Of a stretch of 64,000 nucleotides of DNA, positions 19,010-29,040 are shown piece by piece. The notes under the pieces are model-generated. The model searched no databases, was not told where the DNA came from, and saw nothing but the letters and a program-made list of their open reading frames with translations. Where the stretch lies: contig JBFWNU010000006.1 of NCBI GenBank assembly GCA_050250895.1, positions 443,720 through 507,719 of the forward strand, given 5' to 3'. Position 1 is the first letter of the stretch. Each line of letters opens with the position of its first letter. Source of the stretch: Vulcanimicrobiota bacterium (GTDB lineage Bacteria > Vulcanimicrobiota > Xenobia > Xenobiales > JADMJV01). The position numbers and the translations under genes were made by a program.

Positions 19010-19735
19010 GTGAACGACTTGCTGCGATTGCTCATAGATGGAATGTTAAGCCTGGTCCCCGGGCGCGGCCGCAATTCGCTAGTCGAGCGACGCGGACAGA
19101 TTCGGCTAAAGTGTCGATACCCTGTGCTGGTCACCTCGGGTGAGCGCAGTTTTCGCTCCCTGGTCACCGACCTGGGTCCCGCCGGTCTGCGGGTAAAATA
19201 CGTGGGCCGCCTCAAGAAGGGAGCCCCGGTCTCGGTGCAACTGACGGAAGGTGGCGCCGAGGCGGTGGCTTGCAAGACGGTCTGGTGCCGGGCTCGCAGG
19301 CTCTCTTCGGATCGAGTGGCCGGCCTGGCCTTCGCCGACTCACCCGAGCAACTGGCCAGCTCGTGGGTCCACCCCCTGCTCAGTGAACTGGGTTGGACCG
19401 ACTTGAGGCCCCAGCGACGCGAGTGGGTTCGAGTCGCCGCCGACCTGCCCGTCACCCTGGATGGAAAGGGTGAGCGTCGGGCCTTATTGCTCGACCTGGG
19501 GGTGGGAGGCGCCCTGGTCCAGATCGATTTCGAACCCGCCGGAGACTATAACCTGAGGCTCGGCCCGTGGGGCGAGCTTCCAGGACTGCTGCTGCCTTCG
19601 CGGGTGGTCGGCAGCCATCACGACGACCTGGCTCAGGTTCGCTACTGCCGGCTCGCCTTTGCGCCGCTCGATGACGCGGCCGTGCGCGAACTGGGACACT
19701 ACATTCTGAAACTGCTACGGGACTCTTTGCTTTAG
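19010..19735 (+). CDS. Tandem PilZ domain protein
   Basis: RRGQIR/DLGPAG and RREWVR/DLGVGG. Confidence 0.8.
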   Translation: MNDLLRLLIDGMLSLVPGRGRNSLVERRGQIRLKCRYPVLVTSGERSFRSLVTDLGPAGLRVKYVGRLKKGAPVSVQLTEGGAEAVACKTVWCRARRLSSDRVAGLAFADSPEQLASSWVHPLLSELGWTDLRPQRREWVRVAADLPVTLDGKGERRALLLDLGVGGALVQIDFEPAGDYNLRLGPWGELPGLLLPSRVVGSHHDDLAQVRYCRLAFAPLDDAAVRELGHYILKLLRDSLL

Positions 19736-19776
19736 TCACGAGGAATGGCATACCGAGAGCAAAAACTAGGTGCAGC

Positions 19777-20247
19777 GTGACTGACTTCGAACGACGAGAA
19801 TTCAAGACTTCGGATGAGCCGGTGGCCAACGAGATCGCCGAGATTACCGACGCTATGCTCGACGAGATTCTGCTGACTCTCAAGCTCGAGCGAGCGGCTG
19901 TCCTGCTCGAAGACGAGTCCGGCTGGAAGATCGCCAGCACGCACGACCTGCCCAAAGACGGTTTCTGGACCATCGCTCCCATCAGTCTCTCGATTCTCAA
20001 GGACGCCTTCGACAAAGAGCAGCCACTGATGCTGGTCGATGCCGTCGGTAATTCCAACTTCAAAGACGCTACCAGCGTGGTTCTCTCGGGCCTGCGCTCG
20101 GTCATCTGCGTGCCGATCCCCGACAGCTGGGGCCGCATGCGGGGGATGCTCTATGCCGACAACCGGTTGGCCAGCGGCGCCTTTTCCCCCGACGACCTGG
20201 GCACCCTGACGGAATTGGGCAAAGAACTCGGTAGTCGATTGTTCTAG
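19777..20247 (+). CDS. Stand-alone GAF domain protein
   Basis: SVVLSGLRSVICVP, GMLYADNR, FSPDDL. Confidence 0.85.
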   Translation: MTDFERREFKTSDEPVANEIAEITDAMLDEILLTLKLERAAVLLEDESGWKIASTHDLPKDGFWTIAPISLSILKDAFDKEQPLMLVDAVGNSNFKDATSVVLSGLRSVICVPIPDSWGRMRGMLYADNRLASGAFSPDDLGTLTELGKELGSRLF

Positions 20248-20289
20248 GGGATCGGGCTCCGGGGTCGAAGGCGGCTGGCGGAGGCGACT

Positions 20290-20664
20290 GTGGACGAGCA
20301 AGACCGATTGATCCTGAGAAGCCTGGTCCAGATGATGTGGGCCGACGGCGAAGTCAACGAGCGAGAGCGCGACCTGTTAGGCAAGATGCTGGTGGAGCTG
20401 GGCGTAACGGAAGGCGACATCAAAGATGTCGCAGCTATGCTCACCCATCCTGAGTCTCTCGATGTCGAGGCCCTGCGTGGCCGCATTCCCGAGGTGGAAG
20501 AGCGCCTGGCGGTGGTCAAGGCGATGCTGGCCATGGCGATGGCCGACGGCGTGCTAGAGCTATCAGAAACGCGCTTGATGTCGCGCCTTTCCGACGTGCT
20601 CGAGTTGAGCGACCAGCAGATGGAGGAAGCTTGCAGTGATGTTCTGGCTCAACCTGAAACTTAG
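20290..20664 (+). CDS. TerB family protein
   Basis: WADGEVNERE and MADGVLELSE motifs. Confidence 0.8.
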   Translation: MDEQDRLILRSLVQMMWADGEVNERERDLLGKMLVELGVTEGDIKDVAAMLTHPESLDVEALRGRIPEVEERLAVVKAMLAMAMADGVLELSETRLMSRLSDVLELSDQQMEEACSDVLAQPET

Positions 20665-21355
20665 TCTGGTGACCGGACTGCTGGTGTTGCTGGCCGGCCT
20701 GGCCCTGGCCCAGCCTTCGGCCCCGACCGGCTTGACGGTGACTCCCAACGAGGAGGTGGCCGGCGTCAACCTGCGTTGGGACCCCGTTCCCGGAGCGGTT
20801 GGTTACGAAGTTCTCCAGTGGCGCAACGGCAAATGGTGGTTCAATGACGAAGACCCCAGCCGGACGCCCCTGACCAGTTCAACCACCATCGGCAATCTCG
20901 AGCCCAATACCGAGTATCGCTTCAGTGTTCGCGCCGTTGGCGGCGAGGGCGAGGCCGGCGCGCTCAGCGAGGCCGTCGAGGCCTCGACCCGTCCGCGCGA
21001 GGTGACGGTGCGCCCCACCCAACCCGACGCGCCGGTTCCTAACGGTTCTACCACCATGGTCGATCCCAAGCTCCCAGCGCCCGACGCTCCCACCGGGCTT
21101 TTTGCCTTCTTCACCTCGCAAGACGAGATCAAGCTGACCTGGCGCGCCTCCCGACTGGCGGACCGTTACTATGTCGAGGAAGAACTCCAGGGCCAGTGGG
21201 CTCCGGTCAAGCCCGAGGTCCAGGTGCGCTCGGCCAACGAGGTCATGATCAAGAATCACCCCACTCCCGGACCCTATCGCTTCCGCGTTCGGGCCGTGGG
21301 CAAGAACGGCAAATCCTCGACCCCCAGCTTCCCGGTCACCGCCCGCAGGGACTAG
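20636..21355 (+). CDS. Secreted protein with two fibronectin type III domains
   Basis: Signal peptide; APTGL..W..Y..LEPNTEYRFSVRA and APTGL..W..YRFRVRA. Confidence 0.85.
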   Translation: MMFWLNLKLSLVTGLLVLLAGLALAQPSAPTGLTVTPNEEVAGVNLRWDPVPGAVGYEVLQWRNGKWWFNDEDPSRTPLTSSTTIGNLEPNTEYRFSVRAVGGEGEAGALSEAVEASTRPREVTVRPTQPDAPVPNGSTTMVDPKLPAPDAPTGLFAFFTSQDEIKLTWRASRLADRYYVEEELQGQWAPVKPEVQVRSANEVMIKNHPTPGPYRFRVRAVGKNGKSSTPSFPVTARRD

Positions 21356-21451
21356 CTTTTCGCGTGGTGCGCAGAGACTAAACCTTGACGTAAGGCCCAC
21401 GCCTCGGCGTCCCGGCGGCCTCGGCGGTTAACCTCGCCGAGCGCCCCAGAG

Positions 21452-21814
21452 CTACTCCTCTTCGCTCATGAGCGCGAGTTCCTCTTCAAAGCGCGCGCGG
21501 CGTTGTTGGCGTTCGCGCTCGATCCGCTTGGACTCGACCTGGTTGATATGATAGCCCGGGGGCAGGGCGTCGAGCAGGGCGCGGAGGTAGTCAAGCGAAT
21601 CGGCCGGAGCCACTTCTTTGACCCGAGCCACCAGTTCGCCATGGGTGTTGGTTTCGTAGTAGACGAAGCCTAGCTCGGCCAGGTCCTGGGGGGTCAGGCC
21701 ACCGGGAAAGTCGCCTTCCACCCGCAGTCGCTTGCCGTCTTCTTCCACAAAGAGCCTGGCCACGCAGCACTCCTGGGCGTCGCAGATGCAAACGACCATC
21801 CCGCCCTCGGTCAC
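21452..21814 (-). CDS. Hypothetical protein
   Basis: Coupled to the upstream PGI-like gene (GTGA overlap); plausible composition. Confidence 0.7.
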   Translation of the reverse strand: MTEGGMVVCICDAQECCVARLFVEEDGKRLRVEGDFPGGLTPQDLAELGFVYYETNTHGELVARVKEVAPADSLDYLRALLDALPPGYHINQVESKRIERERQQRRARFEEELALMSEEE

Positions 21815-23088
21815 GTCTTGCTCACCTGGTCGAGAATCTGTTCGGCGGAGACTGCCTGCTTGAGATCATCCCAGCCAGGAATCTCGGCCAGGCGTTGGTT
21901 GACAGCGGCTACGGTTTCGAAGAAGCACATCAGCGACCCGATAGAGAAGGCGTCCATGCGAGGAAGCTCGAGCCGAATCAGGGGGTGCTTGGCGCGGACA
22001 CACCGCTCGGCCAGAACCCGACGATACGACTCTTCGAGGGTGCGGATCTTGCTGCCCTTGCAGTCGGCCAGACCGTCATAGTTGCTGTCGGGGCCACCCA
22101 GTTCGGGCTCTTCCGACATTTGAGCGAATTCGACCGAGACCTCGAACTGGTGCCGGTCGACCCCTTCAGGAGCCGGTCCGTTAAGGTACAAACGTTGATG
22201 GGTGGTCCACGAATTGGCGAAGGCGGCGTGGGGGGCCAGGGCTTGCGAGCTAGGACCACACACGTAGCGCCACCACTCGCCCAGCCAGTGCAGTCGCGGG
22301 TCGGGCAGCGTCAGGCATTCGCATTTGCCGTCTCCCCACAGGACCTCTCGGGCCGCCGCAAACTGAAAGCAGTCGTTGTCTTCGATCGGTTGCTTGTCCA
22401 TCGAGCGGGCCAGGGAGCGAGCCCCCTCGAGCACGGCCGTGGGATCGACGCCGATGGTGGCCAGGGGCAGCAAAGTGGCTGCGGTCAGGGCCAGATATTG
22501 GCCTTTGGCGCGTAACGGCAGTTTGAGGTGGCGGTGGCCTTCTAGCTTGGCCAACTCGTGCAGGGCCCGCGAATCTTCGCCCGAGACCAGCACGATGCGG
22601 CGTTGCGACTCAGCCAGACCGTGGCGGCGACGAATGACGTCGGCAATCACCCGCTGGGTCACGGCCAGTTCGATGGAAGGGTCGCCATAGGAGCAGACAA
22701 TGGCGCTCAACTTGGCCCGGCCCACCGTGGCGGCGAATTCTTCCAACACATCCGTGCTGAGATGGTCGCCCAGAAAGATGAGGCGGGGAATCTGCCACCC
22801 CATGACGGGCTGAAAGGCTTCGAGCATGGCTCGGGCGGCCAGGGCGCATCCACCGCTGGCGGCCACAATCAACACATCAGAGTTCGCGCGCAGCTCGTCG
22901 GCTACGGTGACCATGCGCTTGAAGTCGGTCTCGCGCAAAAGAAAGGGAACTTCGAGGCTCGGAAGAGCCTTCTGCTTCTCTTCTAATTTGTGACCGAACG
23001 TCGCCAACTGGGTGGTTAGTGGTCCCAGATCAAGTGGCTCGCCGAGGTGAGTGAGATCTACCGAGACGAGCGAGCGTTTGGCTCCCAT
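21811..23088 (-). CDS. Glucose-6-phosphate isomerase-like protein with degenerate active site
   Basis: Colinear with Bacillus-type PGI (ELRANSDVLIV, ALTAATLLPLA, QFAAAREVL, LGEWW, SIGSLMCFFE); GGAGG RBS before ATG 23088. Confidence 0.75.
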   Translation of the reverse strand: MGAKRSLVSVDLTHLGEPLDLGPLTTQLATFGHKLEEKQKALPSLEVPFLLRETDFKRMVTVADELRANSDVLIVAASGGCALAARAMLEAFQPVMGWQIPRLIFLGDHLSTDVLEEFAATVGRAKLSAIVCSYGDPSIELAVTQRVIADVIRRRHGLAESQRRIVLVSGEDSRALHELAKLEGHRHLKLPLRAKGQYLALTAATLLPLATIGVDPTAVLEGARSLARSMDKQPIEDNDCFQFAAAREVLWGDGKCECLTLPDPRLHWLGEWWRYVCGPSSQALAPHAAFANSWTTHQRLYLNGPAPEGVDRHQFEVSVEFAQMSEEPELGGPDSNYDGLADCKGSKIRTLEESYRRVLAERCVRAKHPLIRLELPRMDAFSIGSLMCFFETVAAVNQRLAEIPGWDDLKQAVSAEQILDQVSKT

Positions 23089-23140
23089 GCATGACCTCCG
23101 AGTTGTGGCCGGGTTCGCCGCAGATGGTGATAAACCTGCG

Positions 23141-25279
23141 TCAGGGCGCAGAGCGGCTCTGCAGGCGCGAGATGCGACTGCGGTACGCTTCCAGGATCGG
23201 AACCACTCGGCCTTGTGAGACCAGTTCGACAAATACCTCGACCGCTCGAGGGTCGAACTGGGTGCCAGAATTTCTCTGCAATTCTTCGATGGCTGCGTCG
23301 ATGGGCATTCCCTTGCGGTAGGGACGGTCGCTGGTCATGGCGTCAAAGCAATCGGCCACACACATGATGCGGGCTCCCAGAGGAATGTCTTCTCCGATTA
23401 GACCGGCGGGGTAGCCGCCGCCAGCGTAACGCTCGTGGTGATGCAACATCGACGGCAAGATGCGTTCGAAGGCCTTGACCGGACGCATGATCTCCACCCC
23501 GTACTGGGGGTGCCTCTTCATCTCGGCGAACTCTTCGTCGGTGAGTCGGCCGGGCTTGTGCAGGATGTGGTCCCGAATGCGAATCTTGCCGATGTCGTGA
23601 AGTAGAGCGGCGTAGCGAATGTCGTCGATGGCCTCGGCGCTGAGTCCCATGGTTTCAGAGATCATCACCGAGTAGGCGGTGACTCGTTCGGAGTGGCCCT
23701 TGGTGTAGGGATCACGGGCGTCGATGGAATTGGCCAGGGCGCTGATGGCGCTCAAGAAGAGGTTGTGCAACTCGTCATGCAGGCCGGCATTCTCGATGGC
23801 TACCGCCGCCACGCTGGCCAACTGGCTAGCCAATCCCAGATCCTGCTGGGTAAAATCGCTGCCGTCTTGCTTGGTGCGGATATTGAGCACTCCCACCACT
23901 TTGTTGTTAGTCAGCAGGGGCACACATAAGCTCGAGTCGTTGTCTTCAGAATTGGCACGCGAGATGAGAATCGGCTTGCCCCGCTCGGCCACCTTTCCCG
24001 ATACGCGATGGCCCAGCCGCACCCTCGTCTTCGAGACGATGTCCTCGGATAGGCCGCGGGCCAGACGAATGCTCAACTCTCCGCTGGCTTCGTCGAGCAG
24101 CATCACCGAGGCAGCCTGAGCCCCAAGCAATGCCAGGGTTTGGTCGAGGACGGCCGGTAAGATCTGCTCGAGGGAGAGACTCGAGTTCAAGACGGTGCCA
24201 AGCCGGTAGAGAGCTTCGAGTTCGCTCACCTGGCGCTTGACCTGTTCGTAGAGTTGGGCATTGTCGATGGCCGAAGCGGCGTGGCTGGCCAGCACCGTTA
24301 AAATCTTGAGGTCTTCGTCAGAGAAGTCGCCGCCATCGCGGCGGCCGCTCAGGTTAAGCACCCCCAGGCAGCGGTCTTTGACCTTGAGTGGCACGCACAT
24401 CGCCGACTCCATCTGCGAGACCGGCTTCGAGGAAGTAGAGTCTTTGTCTTTGATCCCTTTGCGCAGCAGACGGGCCTGTCCCTCTTGAGCGACCCAGCCA
24501 GAGATCCCCTCACCCAGGGTGACTCGGGTGGTGGTGACGATCTGTTCATCGAGGCCCTGAGCTACCAGCATCTTGAGCTCTGAGCGCACCTCGTCGAGCA
24601 GCATCAGCGAGCCGTTCTCGGCTTGGAGCAAAGAGATGGCCTGGTCCAGTACTTTCTTGAGCACTTCTTCCAGACGGATGGTGGAACTGATGGCCGTGCC
24701 CACTTCGTAGAGGGCGGCCAGGGTCGACATGTTGCGCGCCTGCTGATTCTGGTCTTGAATGGTCTGGGCGGCTAGTTCGGCCAGGCTGACCATCATATCT
24801 TTCACCCGAGCCATGTCGAGGGGAATGGGGGCAGGGTGGCAGGCCAGTGCCTCTTTGATTTGTTCGGGGGTGACGTCGAGACGCTCGGCCAGGGCCTCGA
24901 TGTCCTCGAGTTTGGGGGGAGTCTCCCACACGGGTCCCCCGATGACATAAGCCACCCGTTTGCCCTCGAGCACCACGGCGTGGACGAGATACGAGAGCCG
25001 ACCGACCCCCGGCACCAGTCGAAAGCCCTCGTCGTCAGAAGCGACCTCCGCGACCAGACGGTGCGGATGGGCCACGAGGCGAGGATGGAGCAGATCCTCG
25101 GGATGAGAAAAATGAGCAGAGGCTGACCCATCGCGCGTAATCACCGCGAGGCTCAAACCGGTGGCCAGGGTTAGGACCTTCTCAACTTTTTCCAGGGGCC
25201 GCAGACTGAAGGCTACGGCAGGTCCCGGGAGTGCGTCGACCCTATCGGCAACGGTCTTCACGCTCGGTGTTTCCTCCAT
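23141..25279 (-). CDS. HD-GYP cyclic-dinucleotide phosphodiesterase with PocR-like and two GAF domains
   Basis: YTKGHSERV, LLHDIGK, HHERYAGGGYP, DCFDAMTSDRPYR; two GAF repeats. Confidence 0.92.
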   Translation of the reverse strand: MEETPSVKTVADRVDALPGPAVAFSLRPLEKVEKVLTLATGLSLAVITRDGSASAHFSHPEDLLHPRLVAHPHRLVAEVASDDEGFRLVPGVGRLSYLVHAVVLEGKRVAYVIGGPVWETPPKLEDIEALAERLDVTPEQIKEALACHPAPIPLDMARVKDMMVSLAELAAQTIQDQNQQARNMSTLAALYEVGTAISSTIRLEEVLKKVLDQAISLLQAENGSLMLLDEVRSELKMLVAQGLDEQIVTTTRVTLGEGISGWVAQEGQARLLRKGIKDKDSTSSKPVSQMESAMCVPLKVKDRCLGVLNLSGRRDGGDFSDEDLKILTVLASHAASAIDNAQLYEQVKRQVSELEALYRLGTVLNSSLSLEQILPAVLDQTLALLGAQAASVMLLDEASGELSIRLARGLSEDIVSKTRVRLGHRVSGKVAERGKPILISRANSEDNDSSLCVPLLTNNKVVGVLNIRTKQDGSDFTQQDLGLASQLASVAAVAIENAGLHDELHNLFLSAISALANSIDARDPYTKGHSERVTAYSVMISETMGLSAEAIDDIRYAALLHDIGKIRIRDHILHKPGRLTDEEFAEMKRHPQYGVEIMRPVKAFERILPSMLHHHERYAGGGYPAGLIGEDIPLGARIMCVADCFDAMTSDRPYRKGMPIDAAIEELQRNSGTQFDPRAVEVFVELVSQGRVVPILEAYRSRISRLQSRSAP

Positions 25280-25362
25280 ACCCCTCCCGATCTCTGCTTA
25301 ATTCGGCGGTTCGTTCGACAAACCCTGGATGAAACCGGTAGGAAGCTGTCGAAAGGGCCCAG

Positions 25363-26232
25363 ATGAGCCGAAATTTCTTGCGTGGGGCGGGGGTCGCCAT
25401 TCTGCTGGCTCTAATATTGTCTCCTATAGGTAGAGCCGACCTGGATGACACCGTGCATGTGGTCCAGACCACCAGTCAGGTTCTCATCAAGCCGTCTGGT
25501 GCGCACGAGTTCTTCCCCAAGGCTCAGGCAGCCCTCGAGCGCGGCGATCAGGTCAAGACCAACAAAACGGGCATCGCCCAGGCTCAGATCGGTGGCGGCG
25601 CGAGTGGTGCAATGGTAGCTTACATCGGGCCCGCGACCGAGGTCGAAGTGGGGGAGTTGCTCGAGAGGGCCGACCGCCAGCTTCAACTGCGTCAGGGCCG
25701 GGTTCGAGCCTACCGCAAGTATCGCGATCAACCCGGCTTTCGCATCACGACGCCCAATGCTTCGCTGACGGCCCGCGGAACCGAGTGGCTGGCTCAGCAC
25801 TCTCCCAGGCCCGAAGGCGTCGCCTCGGCGGATCCCGTGCTGGGGGAACTGAGCACCCACGATCTCGGCTGTCAGCCGGGCGAGACCCGGGTGGCCATTT
25901 TGCACGGTTCGGTGGCTGACGCCCAAGGTAACTCGGTCGCGGCCGGCCACACCCTGGTGGTGGGCGAAGATGGGACGTCTCAGCGAGACCCCGACGCTTT
26001 TCACTTTGCCAGGCGGCCTCGCCGCGGCCGGGCCACCTTGTCGATCAACGGCAAAGAGGTCGAAGTCGAGTACCACACCGGGCTCCAGGACGCCTCCTCG
26101 AGGCGAGCCATCGAGAAGGGAAGCTACTCGAGTGGCGAGCGCACCCAGACCAACGAACTGCTCAATCCTCAGGGCCGGCCGCAAACTCATCCTAGCCCGC
26201 CGAGCCCGTACACCCCGCCTCCCAGTCCGTGA
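25363..26232 (+). CDS. FecR domain secreted protein
   Basis: Signal peptide; LERGDQVKT, ITTPNASLTARGTEW. Confidence 0.8.
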   Translation: MSRNFLRGAGVAILLALILSPIGRADLDDTVHVVQTTSQVLIKPSGAHEFFPKAQAALERGDQVKTNKTGIAQAQIGGGASGAMVAYIGPATEVEVGELLERADRQLQLRQGRVRAYRKYRDQPGFRITTPNASLTARGTEWLAQHSPRPEGVASADPVLGELSTHDLGCQPGETRVAILHGSVADAQGNSVAAGHTLVVGEDGTSQRDPDAFHFARRPRRGRATLSINGKEVEVEYHTGLQDASSRRAIEKGSYSSGERTQTNELLNPQGRPQTHPSPPSPYTPPPSP

Positions 26233-28316
26233 CGCGTCGCCTCTACGGCTTCTATCTGGCGATCGGGGTGTTGGCGTTGCTCGTTTTCGGGCTGCTGCAG
26301 ACTCGCTTCCCGAGTTTTTTAGGCAGTCCTATCGATGAGCGACTCTATCGTTTTTGGGGCAACCAGGTTCGAGCCGAGTTGACCACGGGTGAGCTTGGTC
26401 CCGAAGCCGAGCGCCTACTGGTGGTCGTGATCGACGATCAGAGTCTCGAGACCCTGGGGTTGACCTGGCCGATCCCGCGCGGCCTCTATCCGGCGGCGGT
26501 AGCCAAACTCAAAGAGGCCGGCGCCAAGACCATCGGGCTTGACCTGGTGTTTCCCAATCCCGGCCCAGACCCCGAGCAAGATGCCCAGCTGGCGGCCACG
26601 CTGGCCGAGCCGGACGTGTTCTGCCCCTTTGGGCTGGTGGTCGACGGCGACCGCCTGCGCCCGCTGGAATCAGCCCTCCACGAACCGATGATTCGAAGCG
26701 GATTTGCCCTGTCTCAAATGGAGTTCGCCGGCCCCGGGGCCAGCGGCGAGCGGATTCCTGACATTCGCTTTGCGGTGCTGGGGATCCAACGCGAGGTGAC
26801 CGACATGCTGGGTTTCGTGGTCGAGCAACAAGGCCAGGCGGTGCGAGAGGAGTATTACGCCTTCAGCGTGGCTTTGATGGCGCATTTCCAGGGGCTTACC
26901 CCGGCCCAACTGCTGGGCCGCGTGCCCCACCAGGCTGAGCTTCACCCCTTCGAGTCTTTCCTGTGCCAGATCGACTTTGCTCGCATTCGCTACCTGCCCC
27001 CCGGCCTGACCCACCAGCGACGCCGGGCCCCCGAGGTGGCGCTAGCCGAGGGCGAAATTCGCTTTGTCGAGCCCCGCGACGATTTCGCCCTGCGCCAGCG
27101 CAAGACCACCGCGGCCGACTTGCTGCAGGTGGTCAGCTTGTTGGAGCTGTTGACCACGCCCAGCCAGGAGTTGGCCGAGCGCTTCGAAGGCAAGCCGTTC
27201 CTGGCCATTCTGGGCATCGCCGCCGAAGCGCAGGATCTCAAGACCACTCCTGTGGGCGATCTCTATGGAGTCGAAGTCCAGGCCAACATCCTGCTCAACC
27301 TGGCGCTCAAGAACTTCATCCTCGAGTTGCCCCGGGGTCGAGCACTGGGCCTGGTCCTGGCCACCGTCCTGCTCGGACTATGCCTGGCAGTCGTGCGCGA
27401 ACCTCGCCTGGCCGGCCTCGGCATCCTGCTGCTGGTCCTGCTCTATTACGAGTGGGCGCGTCGCGCTTATCTGGGAGGAGGCTACCTGTCCTCGGACGGC
27501 CTGGCCGTACCGGTCGGTCTGCCCGTGCTGGCCATGGTCTCGACCTTTTGTCTGGCGCTGGTGGTGCGAGCCCAACAACAAAGAGCCAATATCGAACGGG
27601 TGTTGACCATGTTGCGTGAAGTCTGTCCTGTCCAGGACCTCGACCTGCTCGAGCAGCGCGAGGGCATCCAACTCGGGGGTGAAGAGCGCGAGTTGACCAT
27701 CCTTTTCTCGGACCTGCGCGGCTACACCAGTTTCGCCGAAAAGCTCGACTCTCTCACCGTGCTGCGCACTCTCAACGAATACTTTGGCACCGTCGGGGCC
27801 ATTTTGGAAAGCCACGGAGGCTGCGTCTTCGACTACCAAGGTGATGCTCAGATGGTCGTCTTCGGGCTGATGGAGGGGTCACGAGGCGACCACGCCACGG
27901 CCGCCTGCCAGGCCGCCGCCGAGATGGTGCTCGAACTCAACCGCAAGCGGGCCGAGTGGGCTGCAGAAGGGAGGGCCATGCCGGAAACCGGCGTGGGTAT
28001 CGTGACCGGCAAGGTGTCGTTCGGCTTTTTGGGAACAGCCCAGCGAAAGCAACGGGTGGCCATTGGGGACCCCACCAACACCGCCGCCCGAATTCAGGGA
28101 AAGTCGGCCGAGATGGGTCATGCCATCCTCCTCTCCCAATCCACTCTCGAGGCGGCCGGGCGCCCCCTGCCGGTGGTCAAGCTTCCGGCCGTCGAACTCA
28201 AAGGAAAGGAGCATCCCTTGCAGATCTACGCCATCGACCTCGAGGCCGTAACGAAAGGTGGTTTCATCGAGGCGACCGAAGGCAGGAACGACCCGGAATC
28301 CGACAAAGCCAGTTAG
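26229..28316 (+). CDS. CHASE2 membrane class III nucleotidyl cyclase
   Basis: CHASE2 VVIDD..WPIPR, GLDLVF, TPVG..GVEVQAN; 3 TM helices; LFSDLRGYT, GD, NTAAR, KGK. Confidence 0.92.
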   Translation: MTRRLYGFYLAIGVLALLVFGLLQTRFPSFLGSPIDERLYRFWGNQVRAELTTGELGPEAERLLVVVIDDQSLETLGLTWPIPRGLYPAAVAKLKEAGAKTIGLDLVFPNPGPDPEQDAQLAATLAEPDVFCPFGLVVDGDRLRPLESALHEPMIRSGFALSQMEFAGPGASGERIPDIRFAVLGIQREVTDMLGFVVEQQGQAVREEYYAFSVALMAHFQGLTPAQLLGRVPHQAELHPFESFLCQIDFARIRYLPPGLTHQRRRAPEVALAEGEIRFVEPRDDFALRQRKTTAADLLQVVSLLELLTTPSQELAERFEGKPFLAILGIAAEAQDLKTTPVGDLYGVEVQANILLNLALKNFILELPRGRALGLVLATVLLGLCLAVVREPRLAGLGILLLVLLYYEWARRAYLGGGYLSSDGLAVPVGLPVLAMVSTFCLALVVRAQQQRANIERVLTMLREVCPVQDLDLLEQREGIQLGGEERELTILFSDLRGYTSFAEKLDSLTVLRTLNEYFGTVGAILESHGGCVFDYQGDAQMVVFGLMEGSRGDHATAACQAAAEMVLELNRKRAEWAAEGRAMPETGVGIVTGKVSFGFLGTAQRKQRVAIGDPTNTAARIQGKSAEMGHAILLSQSTLEAAGRPLPVVKLPAVELKGKEHPLQIYAIDLEAVTKGGFIEATEGRNDPESDKAS

Positions 28317-28320
28317 GTAA

Positions 28321-29040
28321 TTGAGGGTGGAGGTGAATTTGCGAGATATCCCCGAACTGCTGCGCGAGGTCCCATTGTTTTCGGGCCTCTCCTCGGAGGA
28401 CATCGAGGCCCTGGCGGCCATCGTGGCCCGCAAGTCCCACGGCAAAGGCGAAACTCTCTTTCATCAGGGCGACCCCGGCGAGGAGTTTTTGATCCTCACC
28501 GAGGGCAGCGTCAAGATCGAGTTGATGAATCTCGACGGCAAAGAACTCACGCTGACCATCCTCACGCCCTACCAGTTTCTCGGCGAATTGGCCTTGCTCG
28601 ACGACGTACCCCGCTCGGCCACCGTGGTGGCCATGGAAAAGTCAGAGTTCTTGGCCATCAACAAGCGCGACTTCGCTCGAGTCATGGAGCGCTACCCGCG
28701 CATGGGCATTCCTATGCTGCGCCAGTTGACCAAGCGCGTCAGGGTGCTGACCGACGATATTGCCAGCATGGCCTTCATGGATTCCTACAGCCGGGTGACT
28801 CGCAAGATCCTGGCGCTGGCCGACGAGATGGGGGATGAACAAGAGGATGGCTCGGTCTTCATCGACCAATCTCTCACCCATCAGCAACTGGCCAACCTGG
28901 TGGGCACCACCCGCGAGACGGTGACCAAGATTCTCAACGAGATGAAAGATAACAACCTCATCTCGATTCGTCGCCATCGCATCACCATCCGCGACCGGGA
29001 AGAACTCAAGAGTCGTGCCAACCTGTCGGGCTTTATCTAG
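28321..29040 (+). CDS. Crp/Fnr family transcriptional regulator
   Basis: GELALLDDVPRSAT cNMP pocket; THQQLANLVGTTRETVTK HTH. Confidence 0.95.
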   Translation: MRVEVNLRDIPELLREVPLFSGLSSEDIEALAAIVARKSHGKGETLFHQGDPGEEFLILTEGSVKIELMNLDGKELTLTILTPYQFLGELALLDDVPRSATVVAMEKSEFLAINKRDFARVMERYPRMGIPMLRQLTKRVRVLTDDIASMAFMDSYSRVTRKILALADEMGDEQEDGSVFIDQSLTHQQLANLVGTTRETVTKILNEMKDNNLISIRRHRITIRDREELKSRANLSGFI

